From NCBI GenBank assembly GCA_051883515.1, contig JBJETW010000014.1, positions 1,345 through 65,344 of the forward strand: 64,000 nucleotides of DNA. The letters run 5' to 3'. Origin of the DNA: Candidatus Onthoplasma sp. Lineage in GTDB: Bacteria; Bacillota; Clostridia; Christensenellales; UBA1242. The notes under the pieces were generated by a model. That model was not told the DNA's origin. It did no database searches and saw nothing but the letters and a program-made list of their open reading frames with translations. Positions 20,848 through 30,600 of the stretch are shown here, one piece after another. The number at the start of each line of letters is the position of its first letter. Position 1 is the first letter of the stretch. A program made the position numbers and the translations under genes.

Positions 20848-21525
20848 TTAACTCCAAGAACTGCAATATCCTCTGCTTGAACCTTCAAATACTGACAAAT
20901 ATGCTTGATTGCTTGCTTGTACAGCATCAAATGATAGATATAATCTATATGACGAATTTAACATGGCAAAAGGGACATCAGATTTGAGTTTCATTTTTGT
21001 GAAACAACCGACATCGCCAGTCACTTTATTTTCAATAAAATATGTGACAAGACCAGATTCCGAAACGCTTTTTACGACACCACTTGAACTTTCATCAATC
21101 ACGCTATCTCCAAAAAGAATGTCAAAATACTCTCCATAATTAACGCTTTTGTCTTCAACGCCATTATTAATCAAATAAGCATCAATCCAAAACCTTATAT
21201 AAACATCAGTGGTTCCAGACTCTTTTTGAAAACCAATTAAAGACAATGGGTCAGTATCTGTTGAACTTTCATAAAGTGAAAATTCACTTCCTCGAGAAAT
21301 TGGGTCTAGAGTGTAAAGTTGCATTTCTGTTGTTGAATCAATTGTCTTTGTTGTCGATGTGCTATCTGTTAATAAATAATTTACTTTTATTGAACCCAAT
21401 GTGATTTCACTTTGAACTTTTTGCTTGAATGTGAAATATGAATATGTTATTCCGACTGCTAAAATAGTCACAATAAATAACACAAAAATTGCAATATAAT
21501 TAAATTTTTTGCCAGTTTTTTTCAT
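20848..21525 (-). CDS. TasA/camelysin-like secreted protein 1 (225 aa) with SipW-cognate-like signal peptide
   Basis: MKKTGKKFNYIAIFVLFIVTILAVGITYSYFTFKQKVQSEITLGSIKVN resembles TasA ...GGGTWAAFNDIKSKDATFASGTLDL. The C-terminal YRLYLSFDAVQASNQ resembles TasA IKLQFSFEATQWN. RBS is AAAGGAGGTG. Confidence 0.7.
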   Translation of the reverse strand: MKKTGKKFNYIAIFVLFIVTILAVGITYSYFTFKQKVQSEITLGSIKVNYLLTDSTSTTKTIDSTTEMQLYTLDPISRGSEFSLYESSTDTDPLSLIGFQKESGTTDVYIRFWIDAYLINNGVEDKSVNYGEYFDILFGDSVIDESSSGVVKSVSESGLVTYFIENKVTGDVGCFTKMKLKSDVPFAMLNSSYRLYLSFDAVQASNQAYLSVFEGSSRGYCSSWS

Positions 21526-21539
21526 ATTTCACCTCCTTT

Positions 21540-23978
21540 TTAATTAAACAAATTGTCAAAGTATGTTATAACGCTTGAATCCCAACCAGACAATGTGCCA
21601 GATGATCCAGCAATGTAAGTGTCGCCCTCAAGAACAAATTCAAGTGACGAAAATGTGGAATTGTCTAAATTTATGTGCACGATTTGATTTGGTCTGATAA
21701 TTGAATTATAATAAATCTTCCCGTCAGTTGAGCCAACCAAGAATTTATCGTCCGTTGTGCTTAATGCACCTGACATTCTTACGAAATAAGATTTAGCTGA
21801 ATTATTAATTAAATACGCAGTGTCATCTCCGGTTTTTACCAACTCAACGTCATTGTTAACTGAAGAGAATGTCACACTTGCTGTATACTCCGTTGAATAA
21901 TTTTCAATATTTGAATCATTTATTAACAATTTCGCAAATTCAATTTTCTCGTTTGGCAAAATTGACAAACTTGAGTTTTGATATTTTCCATCTGTATACA
22001 CAAAAGAATTTAAAAGAATTTGAGACGTTTTTGAAACTGAAGATTGTTGTGTTTCACTTAAATAATAAACTCCCGAAGTAAAACTACTTGGCAATTCAGT
22101 CACTTGAGTGTAAACTCCGGTTGAACTGCTATATGTATAATATTTCCAGAAACTTGATTTCCAATTTGAAGGTTCAGTTGATGCTGGAGTGGACTGAATG
22201 GTTGTGTAATTCTCTTGCACATTTGCGCTGATTGAAACACCACTCAGTTTTTTGTTTGTGTTGTTCTTAATTGACAAAACTATATAGCTGTTTGTTCCAT
22301 CATTTGTTATTTCAGTCTCACAAGCAACTTGTGTGTCTGTTGCAGTGATTTGAGACGCTTCTGAACTCGAAACATTTGCAACGCCAATTTCCACCCACAC
22401 ATCAGTTTTTGAATTTGTGTCAGTTGAAATCTTATCTTGCATTGTCGCTTGAACAGTGTATACAACTGGAACTTTTATTAATTGATTTGGATATAATTTA
22501 TGTGAAAGAACAACATTTGACGCTTCAACATATCCTCCACACTGACTTTCAATTGAATAATAAACATTATCCGCAAAAGATGTTGCCCTGTCTCCATTGG
22601 AATCTGTAAATGCTATTGCCGCATTCCCAATATGATATAGTGGGTTTAATGTAAATTCCAATGTTTGAATTTTGTCTGTATTGTTAATTAATGTTAAAGA
22701 TGTTTCAAAGGTTTGAGTGATAGGTTCTGCCATGTACTCGAACAAGCCATTATTATACGATTTTGCAACAACTTGAACATTTTCTTTTGTTTGTTGATTT
22801 GCTTTGCTTAATCCTGCATTTGTTATATAAGACCCAAGGACTTCTTTGTCTCCATACACATAATTTGCTTGTGCTGTGTCCGAACCAAGGTCATCAAATT
22901 TGAATGTGATGTTGTTTATCGTTATTAAATCAGTTGTTAAACGATAATTTGTATAATCAACACCCTGAGTATAACCCGCGCTAGTTATCTCAATGCTATC
23001 AACCGCATCTATATAAAATGTGGAAAGCGCAGGAATTGTTAACTCATACTCCATTGTTTCAAACAATTTGTTGCTATCATACTCCAAATGAGTCCAATTG
23101 TTTGAATAGTTATATTGAACGTTTGTGACAAAGATAAGTCCACCAGTTGACGACGAATTTTCAAGAATCCAATTTGCTGTCGCTTTAATTTTTAAAGTTA
23201 ACGCTTGTGTGCCAGTGATTACATATAATCCAACGCCCGAATAATATCTGTTTCCTCCTGCCCATTTTGCGCTTGTGACTTGTTTGCTATCGTTAATCAC
23301 TTTGCTATACGCAGTTTCTGGCCCAGAATGAGCAATTCCATTTGCGTAGTTGTATCTATGATTGTAGACCATCACATACGCATTTGTTGAAGATTCTCTA
23401 TTTTTGTAGTTTAACCAAGCCGTTCCCGCTTCACTTGTTCCATTGGCAAGCGCTAAATCAGTTTCCGACAAATTTGAAGGAGCAATTTTCACTTCGTCAA
23501 TCACAATCGTTAAATTTTCATCAACATAACCATCACTTAAATCAGTTATGAAATCCACACCGCCAATAATGTTTAATTTACCTGTTCCGGCAGGAATGGT
23601 GCTTGTGTGGAAGATATAAGCACTATCCACAATCCATGAATCCCTGTCCACAAAATTTAGAATTACATTGTTTGCGCTTTTGTCGTTGCTCCATGACAAG
23701 TGATACTTCACTCTCAAATCAAAATCATAATCTATTGAATACTGAATTGACACATCACACACTTGTCCTTTCTCGTCGTATGAAATAGGGTGTGATGTTG
23801 TGTCGTTGATTATTTCATATTGCTTGTTTGCAAGATACGCACTAATGTTTGTTGGTGCAGTTGTGTGCGTTTGATTGAGTGCAAACGCAAAAGAAGGATA
23901 AATTAGACCTGCAAAAACCATGCTGATAACAGCAATTATCAAAATTATTGATATTTTTGATTTTTGCAAGTTTTTCAC
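21540..23978 (-). CDS. 812-aa secreted protein with SipW-cognate-like signal peptide; candidate accessory or tip subunit
   Basis: N-terminus is MKNLQKSKISIILIIAVISMVFAGLIYPSFAFALNQT. The start overlaps the sipW stop by 4 nt. The protein is Ser/Thr/Asn-rich and I recognise no catalytic motif. Confidence 0.7.
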   Translation of the reverse strand: MKNLQKSKISIILIIAVISMVFAGLIYPSFAFALNQTHTTAPTNISAYLANKQYEIINDTTSHPISYDEKGQVCDVSIQYSIDYDFDLRVKYHLSWSNDKSANNVILNFVDRDSWIVDSAYIFHTSTIPAGTGKLNIIGGVDFITDLSDGYVDENLTIVIDEVKIAPSNLSETDLALANGTSEAGTAWLNYKNRESSTNAYVMVYNHRYNYANGIAHSGPETAYSKVINDSKQVTSAKWAGGNRYYSGVGLYVITGTQALTLKIKATANWILENSSSTGGLIFVTNVQYNYSNNWTHLEYDSNKLFETMEYELTIPALSTFYIDAVDSIEITSAGYTQGVDYTNYRLTTDLITINNITFKFDDLGSDTAQANYVYGDKEVLGSYITNAGLSKANQQTKENVQVVAKSYNNGLFEYMAEPITQTFETSLTLINNTDKIQTLEFTLNPLYHIGNAAIAFTDSNGDRATSFADNVYYSIESQCGGYVEASNVVLSHKLYPNQLIKVPVVYTVQATMQDKISTDTNSKTDVWVEIGVANVSSSEASQITATDTQVACETEITNDGTNSYIVLSIKNNTNKKLSGVSISANVQENYTTIQSTPASTEPSNWKSSFWKYYTYSSSTGVYTQVTELPSSFTSGVYYLSETQQSSVSKTSQILLNSFVYTDGKYQNSSLSILPNEKIEFAKLLINDSNIENYSTEYTASVTFSSVNNDVELVKTGDDTAYLINNSAKSYFVRMSGALSTTDDKFLVGSTDGKIYYNSIIRPNQIVHINLDNSTFSSLEFVLEGDTYIAGSSGTLSGWDSSVITYFDNLFN

Positions 23979-24652
23979 AATAACCTATCCCCCAACTGAA
24001 TTTCTTTTTCATTTTTTACAACGTAAGAAACAATATAAATTCCAACCACAATTAAAATAATCATTAAAAGATTATTTTTGTTCTGTATATATTCAAATAT
24101 ACCACCAAAACCATTAAAATGACAAATATATTTTCCAACAATTTGACTTTTTTCGACAATTTGCGTGTCTTTCGACGCCAAAATAGTTTTTATTTCCGAA
24201 TCCGTTTTCCCAGATTCTCTGAGACTTTCAATATAATCTCTGTCAACAGTCCATTCCACAATACCGCTTGATGGATATTCTTTTGAATATGTTGCTTCGT
24301 ATTCTTCTTTTGAAATCAGACTGCCAACATTGTCTCCATGCATGACATATTTTTCAACCCCATCTACTTTCAAAATGGCAACCAATCTGTGGGTGACCAT
24401 TTTTGAGCCATATTTAAATTCTGCAATGTCGCCCACATAATAATTGTCTTTTTCTTTTGTTAAAATTAAATCACCTTTTTGAAAGTAAGGGTATTCACTG
24501 TTAGATTGAACACTATATAGTTCAAATCCAAAGAACGTTGTAAGCAATAATGTAAACACAAGTATAATACAAATTGCTTCAAATAAATGTTGTATAAATT
24601 CTTTCAAGAAGCCAAGAACTTTGTCTTCTCTCATTGTATCGCTATAATTCAC
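23975..24652 (-). CDS. sipW: Signal peptidase I, ER/archaeal (SipW) type
   Basis: N-terminal TM helix, then SNSEYP (Ser box, compare SGSMEP), KGDLIL, VTHRLV (His box, compare VTHRIV in B. subtilis SipW), HGDN, and a C-terminal TM helix LLMIILIVVGIYIVSYVV. GTG start with AAAGGAG 7 nt upstream. Confidence 0.8.
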   Translation of the reverse strand: MNYSDTMREDKVLGFLKEFIQHLFEAICIILVFTLLLTTFFGFELYSVQSNSEYPYFQKGDLILTKEKDNYYVGDIAEFKYGSKMVTHRLVAILKVDGVEKYVMHGDNVGSLISKEEYEATYSKEYPSSGIVEWTVDRDYIESLRESGKTDSEIKTILASKDTQIVEKSQIVGKYICHFNGFGGIFEYIQNKNNLLMIILIVVGIYIVSYVVKNEKEIQLGDRLL

Positions 24653-24665
24653 TTCTTAACTCCTT

Positions 24666-27600
24666 TTAATTTGTTGATGTGCAACCAGAAATTGTCACAC
24701 CAGTTTCTTGTTTTCCACCGCAAATTCCAAGCACAAATGTTGGTGAAAGTTGCGTTATATCTAACGAATAATCAGCCATTGAACAATTTAGAATTGATGC
24801 TGTTCCGCTTTCTTTTGTCATTGTTCCAACAATTGCACCAATCTTTATGCTTGAGCTGTCCGTTGTTGCCAAATTGGTTATTGCAAATTCAACTCCATTT
24901 GAACAACTTGAAACAACACAACTCTTTCCGCTTCCCAAAATTCCGCCATAAATTCCAGCAGACAAAGTTGAATATTTTATTGTTCCAGAACTTTGACAAT
25001 CCTGAATGTTTGCATAACTTGCATATCCAACCAATCCGCCAAGATATTGCGTGTTAACATTTTGGAAATCAACTTTCGCACTTGTTGAGAAAACTCCATC
25101 TAAGAGACTTAAACTTGAACCTTCGAAGTTTGCAACAACTCCACCCAAGAAATCCGCATAGGCTCCATTTGTGGTTGTCACTTTCATTGAAATGTTTGTT
25201 GAATTTTTAATGACTGCATTGTTCGCCTTAGCAACAATTCCTGCAAAATATGCATTATTTGAACTTCTTCCGCTGGTTTGAATTTCCACTTCGGCATAAA
25301 CGTCGTCAAAAGTTGTACCGACAGCATTGTCAACCAAACCTGCCACCATCATGTCATATGTTGGAGTGTACGTTCCTGTTTTTGTTATAACGAACTTAGC
25401 ATATACGCTAACTCTGTCAATTTCCGCACTAGTTGCTGACAAAGCAAGCATTGACAATTTGACTTCGCCATCTATTGATAAATTATTGTTTATAACAATA
25501 GGTTTTGAAATTTCCCCAATTGCCAAATCAGCTATCTTTGCTCCACTGCCGATTGAACTGAACACAGCAAAATTCCTTAAATTGCTGAAATTAAATTCAT
25601 CTTGAAGTGCAAAGTATAGTTTGTGTGTTGTTGTATTTTCTTTTCCTGAAAGTTTTCCAGTGAATGTGTTGGTGATTAATCCTGACTGAATGATTTCACT
25701 AACATTCTCAATTTCACTCAAATTTATGTCGCTGATTAATGAATAGTAAGCACTTGGTTTTACGTTTATATTCATAAATTGAGTGGCATTTTTTATCTTA
25801 TACGCACTTGTTTCGCTAGTTCCATCTCCAGATTCAAACAAATTAAATTCTATTGTATCTAGCGTTTCTACAACTGATGACGCCGTTCCTTCTCTTGACA
25901 CCCAGACTTTGAAATTTGAATATGTTCCAATTTGCTTTAAAGTGTAAGTATAAGTGTTGTTTGAATAAGTCAAAACGCCGTAATCAGCTGTTTGATTTGT
26001 ATAGAACGTTGAAGAAGACATGTATCCACTGACAGTCACTGTCTCATTTTTGCTTGTTCCATAAACATCGACATAGTCAATTGTATATTCGACATTAACC
26101 TTGTCGGTTGATAAAAGTTGTTCTCCTTCCCACGTGATTTTATCCACACTATATGCAAGATTTTGTGCACCACTTGGTCTTGACGTTCCTTCTGTTGATT
26201 GCAATGACACGCTATCACTGTTGAACACTTTTGACTTGCCTAATCCAATAGCCGTCACCCTAACTTCAAATTCACCTGAAACGCTGTCAGGAACAGTGTG
26301 AGAATTATTTTCGCTTCCTTCAATAACAATTGTCTCAAATCCAACATATTCAATTTGATATCCGTCAGCGTTTTCATTTTTGTCCCAAACAATTTCTCCA
26401 CCGCTAAATTCCAAGTTCTCCACAGGACTAAGTTTTGACAATGAATTTTCATCTTGAATTGTTGTTGTTTTTGATGAAATCTCAGTGTTTCCAATTGCTT
26501 TTATTGAAATTGAATAAGTTCCAACAATGAAGTTTTCTTGCAATTCGTTTTCAATGTCAAATTGATAGTAGTATTCATCTCCTATTTTTATTTGAGCAAG
26601 TTCGCTCGCTTGAACGGTGTCAGACCATTGTTCACTCGTTTCATTGTTTTTTATTGTTAAATCATAAGCCACGGCATTTGAAATTTGTTTAAATGTAAGT
26701 TTGCCATTATAAGTGAATATTTGTCCTTCTGTTAAACTATCCAATCTTATAACATTATTGATTGTTGTTGGGTCACTTATGATATAATTCCCCAAACTTC
26801 CCGGCATACATGCAACCGAAATTGTATAAATTCTGCCCGCCTCAATTGAATGATATCCAATTGTTTCGCCAGTGATTGGGTCTTTTAAGTCATATGCACT
26901 CTCTAAGAATGTGTAAACATAACATTGCACACCATCAATCGTCATGCTTGCGCCACTTGTCTCAAATTCAATCATTCTCTCAACAGCATAATCGTCTACA
27001 AATGTTATTCTCACCAACGCAGTTGTGTATGCTGAATTGTTAACTGCTTGCCAAACGAGTTTTCCGCCTTTTATTTCAACATTCTTGATGCCTGACGCCT
27101 TTTCAAACTCAAACACATAGTCTACATTATTTTCTTTATAATATGAGCCGTCCAAAATGTTATCGTTTCCAACCGCTCTAACCTTGATATAATAGGTTCC
27201 TTGCGAGTCGATTACTATCGTATTGTTTCCATCTGAAACAGAACTTGGAATTGTGTAAATCAATTTGTTTGTTGTCGTGTTTATTTTAACATTGCTATCT
27301 GCACTTGAAATTTGATAAACGCAACTATTCGTTCCATCGCTCAATGTGATTTCATATGTGTCGCTTGAGCCATAATTTGATGCTTGCGCAAGTTTAAGTT
27401 CCAATCTGTTTGAAGAAATTGCAAACTTGGTCTCTGTCCATTTCTTCACTTCGCTTCCCGCACTAGTGTTGGCCGCATCAATCAAGAAATTGATAACCCC
27501 GTTTGAGTTGTCGCCAATTCCTGCAAGTGTTTTTTCTTCAACTCTGAATGTTCCACTTGGCAAAACTTTGTTGACATCACAAAGCATGTCTGAATCTTTA

Positions 27601-30600
27601 AATTGAACTGGAATGATGTATGGATTTTCTCCTTTTCTTTCTGCAACAATTTCACCCACTGTCAAATTTTCATTATCTATTGAGTGTATTGCATAAACAA
27701 GGAATTTCTCTCCATCTGTTCCATCTGAATTGATTTGTGTAAATTCAAGACGATACACTGGACTATCTGCGTTTTCTCCGTTCTCATCATAAACTCGCAT
27801 ATCTTCCAATTTAATCATTCCGTTAGAGACGGTCACGCTTGACATATTTTGATATCTCACAAAAGCGTGTAATTCTTCACTCTTTGCATTTAAATATCCT
27901 GCAAATCCGTCACTAACTGAGCCAGACACATTTCCGCCAAGCAAATAAACTCGAGTCAACAAATATGAGTCTTCATTAAGTGAAAGTTCCTTTTCTCCAT
28001 CTTTAGAATATATGATTTCTCCATTTTCGATTGTCGCAGTTATCGCACTATAATAAATCTCATTCAAATTGAAATCAATTTTGTTTTCATTAAACACATT
28101 AAATTCAAGTTCTCCACATTTAACCGTGTAAACCAAATTGCCTTTGTTTGTTTGAGTTATATAATCCACACCTTCAACAAAACTATCAGTATTTGCGTTT
28201 TTGTAATCAATAAAACTATAATAATCGACACAATAAATTTCAGTATCATTAATTGAAACTTTATATATTGCAGTAGATTTTATGAAATCTGTGGTCACTC
28301 CATTAAATGCATAATTTAAATTAACATCAATAATTTTGTCGCCATCTCCATCATAAATGCTTGGCACATTAAATGACAACACGCCAGCAACAACTTGATT
28401 TACATTTGAAGCAAGTTGATTTACTGTCAAATTTTTGAATCCCATCTCTGTTGGATTCGAATTTATTATTCCTATTGTTGTGTCACCGAGCACAATGCTT
28501 TGTGTTCCAAGAAGTGTTATCTTTATTGAATAATTATTTGGATTTATATTTAACCCTGTCTTATCTATATTTATAAAGTATACATCTTGTTTTGATATTT
28601 CTTCATTTAAATTTAAAAGCGTGTCAACAAGATTGTCTTGCATTTCATTAAGTCTAGCTTCCAATTTTTCTGAATTGTCCATAATGAAAATCTGACCATC
28701 ATTTGTTTCAAATATCGCCTTGTTGAAATAGACACTAGATGTCATAACAAGATATCCATTTTTAATTGTTAAATCAGTTGGCTCAGGAATTCTAAACGCC
28801 ATAACCTCATCTGAAACATCGCTATTAATCACATTCGCTTTTGTTGATTTTGCTTTGATTGAAACATTGATTATTCCTGTCAAATCTTTAAATTTTGGTG
28901 TTGTGAAATCATATTGCATAAATTGAGTGGTTGTTGTCACAATGCTGTCAGTTCCTTCTTGTCCAGAAACTAAAATTTGATAAGAGGTTGAATTTTCATT
29001 TGTTTCCCAAATCAAAACTCCATTTTCAATTTCAACAATTGGTTTTTCCATTTTTAAAACGCTAAGCATGTTGTTTTGGTCTGAATAATTTGAGACACAT
29101 AACAATCCGCTGTCCGCGTTTGTGTCGAGCGGAATTGTTTTGATGTAAATTTCAAATTTTCCACTTTCAAACACAATGCCGTTTTCTCCAAGCGTTCCAT
29201 CTTCAGCAATATCATAACCATATGGGAAGAAAATACTGTTAGAAGTGATAAAAGCTGTGTCAGAAATTGACAATATATTTCCTTCGCTATCTTTATATTT
29301 CAATTTAGGGTCAGAAGAATAATATGAGGTGCCATTTTGCAAATAATCAAATCTCACAACATATCCAACATCATATTTATTACCATTTGAATCAACATTC
29401 TTTGGATTGTTATCCCAAACAATTTTTTGTAAATTGTCGTTAGTTGTGTCTGAAACTTTTTTCAAGTTCACTGCCGTAAACAATCCTTTTGCTTGTTTTG
29501 TTAGAGTTTTTGAGTTCAAAACAAACAAATTTTCTTGCGCGTGATAATCCAAAACATAAGTGAATTCAACATTTTCAATAATTGGACTTGATGCAGGATA
29601 TCTAAGAATTGTTGTCGCATCAATATTAACTTTCCCTTCTAGCACATATCCTTTTAAGTCTATTGTGTTTTCCAAACTGCCGTTTTTGATGAACAATGAA
29701 ATGCTATCTTCTTCTGTTGCAGATGCAATCAAATCTTTGATTGCTTGAGAAAGCGTGACAACAAAATTTCCTTCCTTTATTGCAACAACTGGTTGATTTG
29801 AGCGTTTTACGCTGATTTTTTGTGATTTGTTTGAATTTGTAAAGTGCAAATTTTGGTCATCTGAAATTGCTTTGACAGTGATTTCTGCTGTCCCATCAAT
29901 ATCAGACAAATCAAATTCATTTTTATCTGTGGTGAAGATTGTCTTTTCCCCAGATTTCGTTATTTCAATTTCATAGTAAATTGCATTTTCAACTTCATCA
30001 AAATAGAGTTTGTCGTCCAACACGAGTATGTTGCTTGGAGTTTCCAGTTTTTCAAATATCAATTCTTCTGAAATTTTTGAGTCAACAATATATTTTCCGT
30101 CTGCAGTGTATTCACTTGTTGAATACACAACAACTTTAACACTTATTTCACTTTCATCTTGGCAATTGTCTAATTTATATTCAATCTTTTCGTCATCTGC
30201 TATATCACTTGCCAAGTACACATATTCTTGATTGTTAATTTGAAGCAAATATTCAATTGGTTCTGAAACTTCTGTTTCAATTTTGTTGAATGAAACAACA
30301 ACTGAATTATTTTCTAAACTATTGTCTTTGCTTGCTTCAAGAGCAACAGTATTTAATCTAACAAAATTTATTAATCCACTTTTTTGTGTTAAATTTCCAT
30401 CTGTTGAAACAAAGTAAGAAATTGTCTCTGTCTCAGGATATCTATCCATTATTTCGCTCAACTTAATTTGAATTTTGTTGTTGTTTAAACTCAAATCAAA
30501 ATTGTCTTCTGAATTGTCATTTCCCCACAATTTCACTTTTGTTGATTGAGAATTTTCATTCAAAAGAAGATAATAATTTCCCTTTGTCCAAGTGTCGCTT